From positions 20,559 to 84,558 of the forward strand of contig JBJLDC010000015.1 of assembly GCA_045567365.1 (NCBI GenBank): a stretch of 64,000 bases of DNA. Direction: 5' to 3'. The notes below the pieces were generated by a model. That model was not told where the DNA came from and did not search any database. It was given only the letters and a program-made list of their open reading frames with translations. The translations under genes and the position numbers were made by a program. Of the stretch, positions 1 to 11,235 are shown piece by piece (the stretch's first letter is position 1; each line of letters starts with the position of its first letter). Origin of the DNA: Candidatus Pelagibacterales bacterium. GTDB lineage: Bacteria > Pseudomonadota > Alphaproteobacteria > Pelagibacterales > AG-422-B15.

Positions 1-288
1 CAATCGTCTTTCTAAAAGACCAATTAAATTTTCACCAGAGTCTCCTTTTTGTCTTAAGGCTTCATGATAACAATTCCGAAACTGTCTTTCATTTAGATTT
101 CCATAATAACCCTTGAGCATTTGTTTTGCATGAAGTTGAACCCCGTAGTCAGATAATTTTCCAGCATGCTTTTGACCATGTTGACCAGGTCTATATTTTC
201 TAAGATTGAATGGGCTTTTTGGTCGACCCCATAGGTTAACGCTTAATCTTCGATCAATTTTGTGTTTTTGTGTTATACGTTTCGACAT
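1..288 (-). CDS. rpsD: 30S ribosomal protein S4, N-terminal 96 codons (C-terminal part lies beyond the window edge)
   Basis: Not in the ORF track. Manual translation of the reverse complement from the ATG at 288-286 gives [65 protein letters not shown]..., the conserved alphaproteobacterial S4 N-terminus. Confidence 0.9.
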   Translation of the reverse strand, partial: MSKRITQKHKIDRRLSVNLWGRPKSPFNLRKYRPGQHGQKHAGKLSDYGVQLHAKQMLKGYYGNLNERQFRNCYHEALRQKGDSGENLIGLLERRL

Positions 289-302
289 AGATAATTCGAG
301 GA

Positions 303-330
303 TTTATAGTGTTTTTAGCATGATTGTCAA
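303..330 (-). promoter_or_regulatory. Candidate sigma70-type promoter for rpsD (TTGACA-16 nt-TATAAA)
   Basis: The minus strand reads TTGACA (330-325), a 16-nt spacer, then TATAAA (308-303), ending 14 nt before the rpsD ATG. Such matches are easy to find by chance in AT-rich DNA. Confidence 0.3.
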
Positions 331-339
331 ATGAGAAAG

Positions 340-1077
340 CTATATTTTTCCCGTTTTCTCATACTTAGTTAAAGCAGTAATAATACCCCTTAAAGTCTGC
401 ACTTCTCGACCACTTAAATTGGCCCTATGGAATAAATTTCTTATATTTTGCTTCATTTTATCCATTTTTTCTGTTGGTTCAAAAAAACCTCTCTCTTCTA
501 GTTCTAGCTCTAAATGACTAAAAAAATTTAAAAGTTCACTGTTATTAACTTCATTGTCTAGATTATTTATAGATATATCAGTATTTTTATTTATTGACCT
601 GAATAGAGAATAACAAAAAACTGTCACAGCGTGAGATAAATTTAAAGAAGAAAAATTATCATCTGTATTTATTGTTACGCATTTTGATACAAGAGAAATA
701 TGTTCATTTGTTAATCCAGATGCTTCGCCACCAAAAACAATACCTATTTTCTGATTTTTTGGTTTGAGAATTATTTCATCAATGAGTTTTTCATTAGAAA
801 CTATTTCTTTGTTCATGTCTCTTCGCCTTGCTGTAAAAGCAACCGAGTAATCAATATCAGATAACGCTTCTTTTAAATCCTCATAAACTTTAGCATTGTC
901 AATAATACTATGTGAGTCAACTGCGACTGCATGTGCTTTTTCAGAAGGCCATTCTAATTTGGGACTTACTATTTTCAAATCCTCTATACCAAAATTAAAC
1001 ATTGCTCTTGATGAAAGACCAACATTTTCAGGAAGTTGTGTATCAACGAGGATAATCGATATATTTGACTGACTCAT
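340..1077 (-). CDS. trmJ: SpoU/TrmH-family RNA 2'-O-methyltransferase, TrmJ-like
   Basis: 245 aa. N-terminal IILVDTQLPENVGLSSRAMFNFG and the GGEASGLTNE / SLNLSHAV knot motifs. Size matches TrmJ. Confidence 0.75.
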   Translation of the reverse strand: MSQSNISIILVDTQLPENVGLSSRAMFNFGIEDLKIVSPKLEWPSEKAHAVAVDSHSIIDNAKVYEDLKEALSDIDYSVAFTARRRDMNKEIVSNEKLIDEIILKPKNQKIGIVFGGEASGLTNEHISLVSKCVTINTDDNFSSLNLSHAVTVFCYSLFRSINKNTDISINNLDNEVNNSELLNFFSHLELELEERGFFEPTEKMDKMKQNIRNLFHRANLSGREVQTLRGIITALTKYEKTGKI

Positions 1078-1080
1078 GAA

Positions 1081-2679
1081 TTACTTTAATGGAGCTGTAT
1101 TTTCTTTCATCAGTTTGTATTCAAAGCTATCTAATAATGCTCTAAAAGATGCCTCAATAATATTTTCTGAAACCCCAATAGTATACCAACTTTTTTGATT
1201 CTTATCTGCACATTCAATCGACACTCTTGTGATAGCATCTGTTCCAGTATTTAAAATTCTAACTTTATAATCGATTAATGATAAATCTTTAATAACATCT
1301 GAATATCCACTAGATTCAAAATTGTTTCTTAAAGCCTTATCTAAAGCATTCACTGGTCCCACTCCTGATCCAGTCCCAATAATTTCTTCTGACCCTATTT
1401 TTAATTTCACTTCAGCACTAGACATTGTTTCGCCTTCACTACCAGAATTTTCAACTTTTACGCTAAAATTTTGTACAGAAAAAAACTCAGGTATTTCAAG
1501 AAGAACTTTTTTTACCAAAAGTTCAAATGAAGCATCAGCGCCATCATAAGAATAGCCATTAAACTCTCTTTCCTTTACACGATCTAATATCTTTTGAACG
1601 GTCTTGTCATCTTCATTAAATTTAATACCAGCAGACTTAAGTCTTGATATAATATTCGATTTACCGGCCTGCTCAGAAATAATTATCTGCCGTGAATTTC
1701 CAATTAACTCAGGATTAATATGTTCATATGTTTTCGGATCTTTATTGACAGCTGAGACATGCAGCCCACCTTTATGAGCAAAAGCTGATGAACCCACATA
1801 TGGCGCAGTTCTATTAGGAACCTTATTTAAAATTTCATCAAGCAACCTAGATAATTCAGTAAGATGAACAAGTTTGGATTTATCAATACTCACTTCATAA
1901 AACTCTGCATACTCATCCTTAAGCATCAAAGTTGGAAGAATTGAAATTAAATTTGCGTTACCACACCTTTCTCCAAGACCGTTTATAGTACCCTGAATTT
2001 GTCTAACACCTGATCGGATTGCAGATAAAGTATTCGCAACAGCGTTACCTGTATCATTATGAGCATGAATACCTAAATTATTAGAAGGTATTACATCCCT
2101 AACTTTATTAACTATATTTTCAATTTCGTGTGGAAGTGTTCCACCGTTTGTATCACATAAAACAATCCATCTTGCTCCAGCATCATAAGCAGATTTTAGG
2201 CACGACAACGCATAGTCTGGATTAGACTTGAATCCGTCAAAAAAATGCTCTGCATCAAAGTGAACTTCATTTCTTTGTGATGCCAAAAATTCAACTGACT
2301 GCTTTATGTTATCTAGGTTTTCTTCATTCGATATTTCAAGAGCTACATCAACATGAAAGTCCCAAGATTTACCAACAATACAAATAGAATCTGCACTCGT
2401 ATTTATCAGACCGGCTAACCCAGGATCATTTTCAGCGCTACGCCCTGATCGCTTTGTCATTCCAAAGGCAGTAAATTTTGAGGACTTGAATTTTAAATCT
2501 TCATTAAAAAACTGAGTATCAGTACTATTTGCACCAGGCCAGCCACCCTCAATATAATCCACGCCAATCTCATCTAATTTATGAGCTAGTTGTTTCTTTT
2601 CATCAACATTAAAATCAACACCGTGCGTCTGCGCCCCATCCCTCAATGTAGTATCAAATATGTATATTTTTTCTTTCAT
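1081..2679 (-). CDS. cimA: Citramalate synthase (LeuA/NifV family, CimA branch)
   Basis: 532 aa. IFDTTLRDGAQTHGVDF, YIEGGWPGAN, HAHNDTGNAVAN, plus a C-terminal regulatory domain typical of the long CimA type. Confidence 0.8.
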   Translation of the reverse strand: MKEKIYIFDTTLRDGAQTHGVDFNVDEKKQLAHKLDEIGVDYIEGGWPGANSTDTQFFNEDLKFKSSKFTAFGMTKRSGRSAENDPGLAGLINTSADSICIVGKSWDFHVDVALEISNEENLDNIKQSVEFLASQRNEVHFDAEHFFDGFKSNPDYALSCLKSAYDAGARWIVLCDTNGGTLPHEIENIVNKVRDVIPSNNLGIHAHNDTGNAVANTLSAIRSGVRQIQGTINGLGERCGNANLISILPTLMLKDEYAEFYEVSIDKSKLVHLTELSRLLDEILNKVPNRTAPYVGSSAFAHKGGLHVSAVNKDPKTYEHINPELIGNSRQIIISEQAGKSNIISRLKSAGIKFNEDDKTVQKILDRVKEREFNGYSYDGADASFELLVKKVLLEIPEFFSVQNFSVKVENSGSEGETMSSAEVKLKIGSEEIIGTGSGVGPVNALDKALRNNFESSGYSDVIKDLSLIDYKVRILNTGTDAITRVSIECADKNQKSWYTIGVSENIIEASFRALLDSFEYKLMKENTAPLK

Positions 2680-4047
2680 TTAATTCTTTTGTTTCCACGT
2701 AGTTTTGCCATCTTTATCTTCAAGGATAATTCCTAGTTCATCTAATTGATCTCTAATCTTATCGGCATCACTATAATTTCCTTGATCTCTTAATAAATTT
2801 CTTTTCCCAATTAATTCGTTTATCTTAATCTCATCCAAATTATTTTCACGAACATTCCACTCCATCCATTCCTTTGGTGAAGATAACATTAAACCAAGTA
2901 GTCGGGCTGAATTTATAAATTTCTTGATACTTAGTACATCTTCTTTTGTACAATTCTTGAACAATTGGTGAAGCTCACTGATTGCCTTTGGAGTATTTAT
3001 ATCATCTTTTAAAGCTGACAAAATACTTTCATCAACGAAATCTTCATCAACTTTAGAAATTTCAATATCTAAGAAAAATGAAAACCATTTATTCAGTATT
3101 TTCTTTGACTCCAATAAACTATTTTCAGTCCAGTTTAGCGGCTGCCGATAATGCGTCATCAACATCGCTAGTCTAATAACTTCACCATGATATCTATCTT
3201 TAAGTTCATTGACAGTAATGAAATTACCCTCCGATTTTGACATTTTATTGCCTTCAACAGTCAAAAAGCCATTATGAAGCCAATAATTTGCGAATTTTTT
3301 TTCATGGCAACATTCACTTTGAGCAATTTCATTTTCATGATGAGGAAAGATTAAATCTTGACCCCCTCCATGGATGTCAAATGTATCCCCTAAATATTTT
3401 TTACTCATAGCTGAACATTCTATATGCCAACCAGGTCTACCTTTGCCCCAGGGACTTTCCCAACCAGGCTCATTATCTTTTGAAGGTTTCCATAATATAA
3501 AGTCAGATGCCTCTTTTTTAAAATCTTCAATATCTACTCTTGCTCCAGCGATCAATTCATCAATATTTTTTCCAGATAATTTTCCATATTGATCATACTT
3601 TGATGAAGAAAATAAAACGTTTCCATCAATTTCATAAGCAAAACCTTTAACAATCAAGGTCTCAATCATTTCAACCATTTCATTAATATGGTCTGTAGCC
3701 TTTGGTTCAATTGTAGGAACTAATGCTCCAATGTAAGATGCATCCTCATGAAAATATTGTATTGTTCGAGAAGTTAATGAAGAAATATCTTCTTCATTTG
3801 AATTTGCCGCCTCAATAATCTTATCATCAACATCAGTTATATTTCTAACGTATGTAACGTGATCAACGCCGTATGTATGCCGCATAATTCTAAAGAGCGT
3901 GTCAAAAACTATAACAGGTCTTGCATTTCCTACATGAGCATAATCATATACTGTAGGTCCACAAACATACATCCGTATATTATTTGGATCTATGGGCCTG
4001 AATTCTCTCTTAGATTTTGAAAATGTATCATAAAGATGAAGCGTCAT
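2680..4047 (-). CDS. cysS: Cysteine--tRNA ligase
   Basis: 455 aa. MYVCGPTVYDYAHVGNARP (HIGH region) and NKMSKSEGN (KMSKS). Confidence 0.95.
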   Translation of the reverse strand: MTLHLYDTFSKSKREFRPIDPNNIRMYVCGPTVYDYAHVGNARPVIVFDTLFRIMRHTYGVDHVTYVRNITDVDDKIIEAANSNEEDISSLTSRTIQYFHEDASYIGALVPTIEPKATDHINEMVEMIETLIVKGFAYEIDGNVLFSSSKYDQYGKLSGKNIDELIAGARVDIEDFKKEASDFILWKPSKDNEPGWESPWGKGRPGWHIECSAMSKKYLGDTFDIHGGGQDLIFPHHENEIAQSECCHEKKFANYWLHNGFLTVEGNKMSKSEGNFITVNELKDRYHGEVIRLAMLMTHYRQPLNWTENSLLESKKILNKWFSFFLDIEISKVDEDFVDESILSALKDDINTPKAISELHQLFKNCTKEDVLSIKKFINSARLLGLMLSSPKEWMEWNVRENNLDEIKINELIGKRNLLRDQGNYSDADKIRDQLDELGIILEDKDGKTTWKQKN

Positions 4048-4049
4048 TA

Positions 4050-5378
4050 TTAAATTTTTACTCTTTCTAATATCTTATCTCGTCCTAAAAGTTGGATTAA
4101 TTTTTTCATTTCAGGACCATGACTCATTCCAGTAAAAGCTTCTCTGAGGGGCAAAAAAAGATCTTTTCCTTTTTTTCCAGTTTTATCTTTTATTTTTGAT
4201 GTCCAATTGCTCCATGTTTCATCATTCCAAGGTTCATCTGGCATTAAATCTAAAGCAATTTTGATAAATTCTTTATCTACAGGCTCTATTGGATTTGAAT
4301 TAAAAACAATATCACCCCATCCTTTGATATCTTCAACAATATCAAGGTTTCCTCTAGTTGTTTCCCAAAAATTACGATCGATTCTGTCATCAATTTTTTT
4401 TAATCGATCTTCAATTTCACTATAATCAAATTTTTGTATTAACTTTTTGTTTAGTGAATTTAATAAATCAATTTCAATTCTTCCAGGCGAGGTTGATATC
4501 GTCTTGATACGAAATTCATCAATAATTTGCTGCAAACTATCTTTTAACTCTATTGAATTTGACGTTCCTATAGTTGCTAACAAACTCAGGATCGCAAGCG
4601 GTTCAATATGCTTGTCACGAAAACTTTCGATTGAAATTACATTATCTCTTTTTGAAAGCTTGTCACCAGATGATGCTGTGAGTAGTGCATGATGAGCAAA
4701 TGTTATCTTGTTTTGATCAAGTGAATTAATTAACTCAATTTGCACAGCTGTATTGCTTGTATGATCATCACCTCTAATTACATTTGTTACATTAAAATCA
4801 ATATCGTCCACCACAGAACTAAATGTATATAATGGAACTCCATCCTCTCGATATACAACTGGATCTGATAAACTAAGTAGATCAATATCAACTTTATCTT
4901 TAAGAATATCATCCCATTGTACTCTTTCAGAATTCATTAAAAATCTCCAATGAGGCTTCCGGCCTTCATTCTCAAAATCAGTTTTTTGTTTTTCGGTTAA
5001 CTTTAATGATGATCTATCATAGACAGGCTTTCCTCCAGCTGCCATTTGAAGCTTTCTTTTTCTATCTAGTTCTTCTGGGGTTTCATAACAAGGATAAACC
5101 CTTCCTAGTTCAACTAGCTGATTAAATCTTTCCTTGTACACATCAAATCTTGAAGATTGATTGAAAGTTTCATCATAATCTATTCCAAGCCACTCAAGAT
5201 CATACTTAATCTTTGATGTAAATTCTTCTTTTGACCGTTCCAGATCTGTATCATCAATTCGCAGTATAAATTTTCCATTATTCGTTCTTGCATAAAGCCA
5301 ATTAATTAGAGCGGTTCTGATATTACCTAGATGCAATAGACCTGTAGGACTTGGTGCAAATCTTGTGATAGTTGACAT
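4050..5378 (-). CDS. gltX: Glutamate--tRNA ligase
   Basis: 442 aa. RFAPSPTGLLHLGNIRTAL (HIGH region) and a KLSKR motif. Confidence 0.93.
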   Translation of the reverse strand: MSTITRFAPSPTGLLHLGNIRTALINWLYARTNNGKFILRIDDTDLERSKEEFTSKIKYDLEWLGIDYDETFNQSSRFDVYKERFNQLVELGRVYPCYETPEELDRKRKLQMAAGGKPVYDRSSLKLTEKQKTDFENEGRKPHWRFLMNSERVQWDDILKDKVDIDLLSLSDPVVYREDGVPLYTFSSVVDDIDFNVTNVIRGDDHTSNTAVQIELINSLDQNKITFAHHALLTASSGDKLSKRDNVISIESFRDKHIEPLAILSLLATIGTSNSIELKDSLQQIIDEFRIKTISTSPGRIEIDLLNSLNKKLIQKFDYSEIEDRLKKIDDRIDRNFWETTRGNLDIVEDIKGWGDIVFNSNPIEPVDKEFIKIALDLMPDEPWNDETWSNWTSKIKDKTGKKGKDLFLPLREAFTGMSHGPEMKKLIQLLGRDKILERVKI

Positions 5379-5380
5379 GA

Positions 5381-7033
5381 TTAATCTCCCTTAGCGTCCC
5401 TAAAGCCATTAGTAATTGGATATCTTCTATCATATCCAAAATTTCTTTCTGAAATTTTCACACCTGGGGCACCTTGACGACGCTTGTATTCAGAATTGTA
5501 TAACATATTTTGAACTCTAATAACGATATCTTCATTGTACCCTGCACTTACAACTTCATTAACAGAACTTTCTTTTTCAACCAATAAATACAATATTTTA
5601 TCCAATATATCATATGGGGGTAGAGTATCCTTATCCATTTGATCAGGCTTTAATTCTGCAGTTGGTTCTTTTGTGATTATATTCTGAGGAATTAAATCAA
5701 TTTTTTGATACAATGAAATAGATGGAATATTTTTATTTCTCCATTTAGCTAACTCATACAGATCACTTTTATATAAATCTTTAACAACAGAAAAACCTCC
5801 ACACATATCACCATAAAGAGTAGAGTAACCAACAGAAACTTCAGATTTATTTCCATTTGTCACAACCATATGACCAAATTTATTTGAATATGCCATTAAA
5901 AGCATTCCTCTCGCTCTCGATTGAATATTCTCTTCAGTAATATCTTTTTCTCTATTTGCAAAAAGAGGTTCAAGAGTACTTTCATAAGAATTAACAATAT
6001 CTTCAATTGCAATACTACTTGTTTCAACATCCAGATTCTTACCCAACTGAGTTGCATCGTTATTGCTATCATCACTTGTGAACTTTGAAGGCATTAAGAT
6101 GCCTTTCACTTTGTCAGGCCCTAAGGCGTCAACTGCAACGCATATACTGAATGCACTATCAATTCCACCAGATATGCCAACGACAACACCTGGAAATTTA
6201 TTTTTGCTTACGTAATCTCTAAGACCTAAGATTAATGCAGAATAAACTTCATCAGAATTATCAGTCTCTTTAAGCTCACTCTCATCAATAATGATTTCAT
6301 TAGACGGCGAAATTTCTATTTTTTTATACTCTTCATTAAAATGTTTTGCTTGAAATAATACTTCTTCTCGATCAATTACAAATGAATTGCCATCAAAAAC
6401 TAACTCATCCTGTCCTCCAACTTGATTTACATAAACAAGTGGGGCTTGAATTAATTTAGAAAAATTCGATGCCAACTGCCTTCTTTGTTTTGGCTTATCA
6501 ATTTCATAAGGAGAGGCATTAAGAGATATAGCTATATCAATTTTATCTTTTGGCAATCGATGCTGAGTTTCATCAACCCATACGTCTTCGCAAATGAACA
6601 CTCCCAATGTTTTGTCTTTTATATTGTAAACATTAAAATCTGATCCACTTTTGAAAACTCTTTTCTCATCAAATACCCCATAATTGGGTAAAGCATTTTT
6701 AAAATGCTTAAATGTTATTTCTCCATCAGATGCTATGATGGCAGCATTAAATAGTTGCCCATCTTCCCACCAAGGCATTCCAAATAAAACCTCACAATTT
6801 TTTGATTTCGTTGCGCTAGTAATCTCATTAGCTGCTCTATTAACTTCTTTTTGAAATGCAGATTTTAGCACGAGATCTTCTGGAGGATATCCAGTCAACA
6901 TTAACTCTGAAAAAACAATTAAATCACAATCATTAAATTCAGAAATAGCCTTCAAAATATGGTTTTTGTTAGCCTGAATATCTCCAACCTTTGGGTTTGT
7001 TTGTGCGATTAATATAGATAAATTTTCTGACAT
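5381..7033 (-). CDS. nadE: Glutamine-dependent NAD+ synthetase
   Basis: 550 aa. N-terminal CN-hydrolase (glutaminase) domain plus a C-terminal NAD synthetase domain with PP-loop GISGGIDSA. Confidence 0.93.
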   Translation of the reverse strand: MSENLSILIAQTNPKVGDIQANKNHILKAISEFNDCDLIVFSELMLTGYPPEDLVLKSAFQKEVNRAANEITSATKSKNCEVLFGMPWWEDGQLFNAAIIASDGEITFKHFKNALPNYGVFDEKRVFKSGSDFNVYNIKDKTLGVFICEDVWVDETQHRLPKDKIDIAISLNASPYEIDKPKQRRQLASNFSKLIQAPLVYVNQVGGQDELVFDGNSFVIDREEVLFQAKHFNEEYKKIEISPSNEIIIDESELKETDNSDEVYSALILGLRDYVSKNKFPGVVVGISGGIDSAFSICVAVDALGPDKVKGILMPSKFTSDDSNNDATQLGKNLDVETSSIAIEDIVNSYESTLEPLFANREKDITEENIQSRARGMLLMAYSNKFGHMVVTNGNKSEVSVGYSTLYGDMCGGFSVVKDLYKSDLYELAKWRNKNIPSISLYQKIDLIPQNIITKEPTAELKPDQMDKDTLPPYDILDKILYLLVEKESSVNEVVSAGYNEDIVIRVQNMLYNSEYKRRQGAPGVKISERNFGYDRRYPITNGFRDAKGD

Positions 7034-7067
7034 TGAATTGATAATACAACTGATAATTCAGTTGTAA

Positions 7068-8447
7068 TTAGTTGGCAATCGTAATTTTAGGATTGTTACT
7101 TTCCTGAGATTGTCTCAGCTTATCTGATATCAGAAATGCCAATTCTATAGCCTGACTTGCATTAAGTCTTGGGTCACAATGAGTATGATATCTTGCAGAC
7201 AAGTCTTCATCTTTTATGGCTTGGGCGCCACCCATGCACTCTGTAACATTTTGTCCTGTCATTTCTAGATGAACTCCTCCAGGATATGTTCCTAATTCAT
7301 GATGAATATCAAAAAATGACTCAACCTCACTTAGAACTCTTTCAAAAGGTCTCGTCTTAAATCCAGAGTTTGATTTAATCGTATTTCCATGCATTGGATC
7401 ACATGACCATATCAAATTATGTTCAGAGTTTATAAATGGTTTAACAAGTTTTGGAAGCGCGTCTCTAATTTTATCATGACCAAATCTACATATTAAAGTA
7501 ATTTTTCCTGCCTCATTTTCAGGATTTATAATATCTATAAGTTTTTTTAATTCGTCAGGATCTAGGGAAGGTCCACATTTAATACCAATTGGATTTTTAA
7601 TTCCTCGACAAAACTCAACATGCGCTCCATCTGGTTGTCGAGTTCGATCTCCAATCCAAACCATATGTGCTGACGTATCATACATTTCTCCTGAAGTACT
7701 ATCCAGTCTCGTCATTGCTTCTTCATAAGGTAATAGTAAGGCTTCATGACTAGTATAAAAATCTACACTTCTTAATCTCTTCGTATTCTTTGATGAAATT
7801 CCAATAGCTTCCATGAACTCAATAGTGTCAGAGATGCGATTTGCAATATCTCTATATTTTTGACCTTGAGAACTATCATCAACAAATCCCATATTCCATT
7901 GATGAACTTTAGAAAGATCTGAAAAACCTCCTTTAGCAAATGCACGGAGTAGATTAAGTGTAGCGGCAGCTTGAGTATATGCTTGGATCATTCTATTTGG
8001 ATCTGGAACTCTACTCGATTCATCAAAATCCATACCATTTATAATATCTCCTTTGTAACTATCGAGCTCAACACCATCAATTTCTTCTTTTGGAGCACTT
8101 CTAGGTTTTGCAAATTGGCCAGCCATTCTTCCAACTTTCACGACTGGACAATTTCCAGCAGCAATTAAAGTAACTGACATTTGCAATAAAACTTTAAATG
8201 AGTCCCTTATGTAATCTGCATTGAAGTCATCAAAACTTTCAGCACAATCTCCACCTTGAAGAAGAAAAGCTTTTCTATCTGAAACTTTTGCTAAATTTCT
8301 CTTTAATTCTCTCGCTTCACCAGCAAACACAAGTGGTGGATAACTAGCTAGCTGTTTCTCAACTTGGCTAAGTTTTTCTTGATCTGGATATTCAGGTATA
8401 TGAAGTGCCTTATATTTTCTCCAGCTATTTGCAGACCATTTAGTCAT
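7068..8447 (-). CDS. Class II (plant-like) 3-deoxy-7-phosphoheptulonate (DAHP) synthase
   Basis: 459 aa. N-terminal [25 protein letters not shown] and [10 protein letters not shown] blocks typical of class II DAHP synthases. Confidence 0.9.
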   Translation of the reverse strand: MTKWSANSWRKYKALHIPEYPDQEKLSQVEKQLASYPPLVFAGEARELKRNLAKVSDRKAFLLQGGDCAESFDDFNADYIRDSFKVLLQMSVTLIAAGNCPVVKVGRMAGQFAKPRSAPKEEIDGVELDSYKGDIINGMDFDESSRVPDPNRMIQAYTQAAATLNLLRAFAKGGFSDLSKVHQWNMGFVDDSSQGQKYRDIANRISDTIEFMEAIGISSKNTKRLRSVDFYTSHEALLLPYEEAMTRLDSTSGEMYDTSAHMVWIGDRTRQPDGAHVEFCRGIKNPIGIKCGPSLDPDELKKLIDIINPENEAGKITLICRFGHDKIRDALPKLVKPFINSEHNLIWSCDPMHGNTIKSNSGFKTRPFERVLSEVESFFDIHHELGTYPGGVHLEMTGQNVTECMGGAQAIKDEDLSARYHTHCDPRLNASQAIELAFLISDKLRQSQESNNPKITIAN

Positions 8448-8585
8448 ATTTAAATAATTTATTAATGTTGATCGATTTATAGTACCAAATAATGTAAATT
8501 ACTAGAAAACAAGTTGAAGTATATGAAAATTAATAGTTTTTAAAGGATTTTATCATTCATTAAACCCTATATTTTTATCAAAAAT

Positions 8586-9131
8586 ATGAAAAAAACAAAT
8601 TTATTGCCATTTTTAGTTATTATTATTTTCTCTTCTTCAATAATTAATAACTTTGCTGAAACTATGTTTAAAGATAATTTTCAAGATCCCAATAAATGGA
8701 AATTTATTTCTGACAATGTTATGGGCGGTATTTCAATTGGTAAAGTTCAATACCAAAGTGATACTGCAATTCTAAGTGGCAATGTTTCTACAGAAAATAA
8801 CGGTGGCTTTATTCAAATAAGAATGAGTTTAGACAAAATTAAACTTGATAAAGCAAAATCAATAAAACTGATTGCAAAAGGAAATAATCAAAAATATTTT
8901 GTTCATTTAAGAACAACAGGAACATTATTGCCATGGCAATATTATCAAGCTGAATTTATTGTAGAAGAAAATTTCAAAGAATTCATTTTACCTATCGAAG
9001 ATTTTAAAAAATCTGGATCATTAATGCTCAAAAAAGTAAATCCTAAGAAAATTACTTCTATAGGACTAGTTGCTTATGGAAGAGATCATGAAGCTGAACT
9101 AACTATAAAAGAAATTGAATTTATAAATTAA
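8586..9131 (+). CDS. Secreted CIA30-domain protein (complex I intermediate-associated protein 30 family)
   Basis: 181 aa. N-terminal hydrophobic signal-like segment, then WKFISDNVMGGISIGKV ... NNGGFIQIR, characteristic of the CIA30 beta-sandwich. Confidence 0.6.
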   Translation: MKKTNLLPFLVIIIFSSSIINNFAETMFKDNFQDPNKWKFISDNVMGGISIGKVQYQSDTAILSGNVSTENNGGFIQIRMSLDKIKLDKAKSIKLIAKGNNQKYFVHLRTTGTLLPWQYYQAEFIVEENFKEFILPIEDFKKSGSLMLKKVNPKKITSIGLVAYGRDHEAELTIKEIEFIN

Positions 9132-9154
9132 TCTTCAGACAATAAAATGCATTA

Positions 9155-9391
9155 CTAATCTTTGATTTTTCGCTTTAGATAGATTTCATTGCTACCATTT
9201 GAGTCAATCATTTCCCAACCTTCTTGACCAAATTTATTTAATTCAACATTCATCATCTCGAGTTTCCAGTCTTTATCCTTATGCTTTTCTTTAAAGTCTT
9301 CTGTTTCAGGATTAGAATAACCCATAGATGTTGAATTGCTATGGTTCACAATTTTATATTCCCATTTAGTTTCACTCATAATTTTCTCCAA
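9155..9391 (-). CDS. Small conserved protein, DUF4177-like
   Basis: 78 aa. KWEYKIV ... LNKFGQEGWEMI pattern resembles DUF4177. The start could also be the second Met (MSETKW). Confidence 0.45.
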   Translation of the reverse strand: MEKIMSETKWEYKIVNHSNSTSMGYSNPETEDFKEKHKDKDWKLEMMNVELNKFGQEGWEMIDSNGSNEIYLKRKIKD

Positions 9392-9412
9392 ATATTTAAA
9401 TTATATTTAAGA

Positions 9413-11233
9413 CTATTCTACAGTGACTGATTTTGCAAGATTACGAGGCTGATCAACATCGTTACCAAGCTCAACAGCTGTGTAATATGCGAGCATTTGG
9501 ATTGGAATGGTATAAATTAAAGTTTCTAAAATTGGATCCATGTCTGGTAAACGAAATATTTTCCAGATATTTTCAGAATCTGACTGCAATGAGCTATCGT
9601 CTGTAATCATCAAGATTTTACCACCTCTTGCAATGACTTCTTGTATGTTTGAAATTGTTTTATGAAATAATGGTCCTGATGGAACTATACAAACAACAGG
9701 AAGTCCTTTTTCAATTAAGGCTAATGGACCATGCTTCATTTCACCAGCTGGATAACCTTCTGCATGAATATATGAAATTTCTTTAAATTTTAATGCTCCC
9801 TCAAGTGCAAGAGGAAAAGCTGTTCCTCGACCTAAATACATTACGCCCTTTGATCCAATCAATTCTTTTGCTGTATCTTTAAGTGCATAAGATCTTTGAA
9901 TAGCTTCTTCTATTATCTTTGGAGAAGAAAGCATTGCTTTACACATTATTTGATTTTGACTATTAGAAATTAAATTCTTAGATGAGCCACAAATAATTGA
10001 TAGCGAAAGTAATGTAATTACTTGAGCTGTAAATGCTTTTGTTGATGCAACACCTATCTCAGGTCCAGCTTTAGTGTATATAATATGCTTGCTTTCTCTA
10101 GCAATTGAACTGTTAATGACATTAACAATACTCAATGTTTCAGCATTATGAGAATTACAATAATTTAGTGCCGCTAATGTATCAGCTGTTTCACCTGATT
10201 GAGATACAAATATGTATAAGGTGTCTTTACTGATAATCGGATCTCTATAGCGAAACTCAGATGCCATGTCACATTCTGAGGGAACTTTTGATTGTTGCTC
10301 AAAAAAATATTTCGCAATCATGCAAGAGTAATAAGCCGTACCACAAGCAATAAGATGGACCTTATTTACCTTTTGCCAGTTAATTTTTAAATCGGGGTTT
10401 GATATAATTGAATTATCGTAGTCAATAAATTGTCTAAGTGTATCTCCAACTGATCTTGGCTGTTCATGTATTTCTTTTTCCATGAAGTGATTAAAGGTTC
10501 CCTTTGATGTATCATCATCAGAAATAGAAATATTCACATACTCTCTATTTACTTTTTTCTCTTGCTGGTCAAATATTTGAATATTGCGATTATCTACTAT
10601 GACTATATCGCCATCTTCAAGATAACAAACCTCATTCGCAACTGAACTTAATGCAATTGTGTCAGATCCAATAAAGCTACCTTTTTCACCACGTCCTACA
10701 ACAAGTGGGCTTCCTTTTTTAGCGCCAATAATAGTATCTTCTAGGTCTTTAAAAATAATTGCTAACGCATATGACCCTTCCAATCTTTGAACTGTCAAGC
10801 TAACGGCTTTATAATAATCATTTTCTTTGTTTAGATTTTGAGTAAGAAGAGCTGTAATTACTTCAGAATCAGTGTCAGAAATAAAATTATAATCTAAATC
10901 AATCTCTTTTTTTATCTCATCTGCATTCTCAATTATTCCATTATGAACAACTGAGACTAAAGATGACGAATGAGGGTGAGCATTTTTTTCTGAGGGTGCC
11001 CCATGAGTAGCCCAACGCGTGTGTCCTATACCAACGTGACCATCAATGGGATCATCTTTAAGCCTTTGTATTAAATTATTAAGTTTGCCCTGAGTTTTTC
11101 TTTCAACAATGTGACCATTAATAAAAACTGCTAAACCCGCTGAATCGTATCCACGATATTCCAATTTAGATAAACTATTTATAATATCTGAGGAGACTGG
11201 TTGGTTGCTAGAAATACCAATAATACCACACAT
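9413..11233 (-). CDS. glmS: Glutamine--fructose-6-phosphate aminotransferase
   Basis: Met-Cys nucleophile start MCGIIGI, two SIS domains, C-terminal NLAKSVTVE. The ORF-track start at 11263 adds 10 residues before the obligatory N-terminal Cys, so the start is set at 11233. Confidence 0.95.
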   Translation of the reverse strand: MCGIIGISSNQPVSSDIINSLSKLEYRGYDSAGLAVFINGHIVERKTQGKLNNLIQRLKDDPIDGHVGIGHTRWATHGAPSEKNAHPHSSSLVSVVHNGIIENADEIKKEIDLDYNFISDTDSEVITALLTQNLNKENDYYKAVSLTVQRLEGSYALAIIFKDLEDTIIGAKKGSPLVVGRGEKGSFIGSDTIALSSVANEVCYLEDGDIVIVDNRNIQIFDQQEKKVNREYVNISISDDDTSKGTFNHFMEKEIHEQPRSVGDTLRQFIDYDNSIISNPDLKINWQKVNKVHLIACGTAYYSCMIAKYFFEQQSKVPSECDMASEFRYRDPIISKDTLYIFVSQSGETADTLAALNYCNSHNAETLSIVNVINSSIARESKHIIYTKAGPEIGVASTKAFTAQVITLLSLSIICGSSKNLISNSQNQIMCKAMLSSPKIIEEAIQRSYALKDTAKELIGSKGVMYLGRGTAFPLALEGALKFKEISYIHAEGYPAGEMKHGPLALIEKGLPVVCIVPSGPLFHKTISNIQEVIARGGKILMITDDSSLQSDSENIWKIFRLPDMDPILETLIYTIPIQMLAYYTAVELGNDVDQPRNLAKSVTVE

Positions 11234-11235
11234 GA

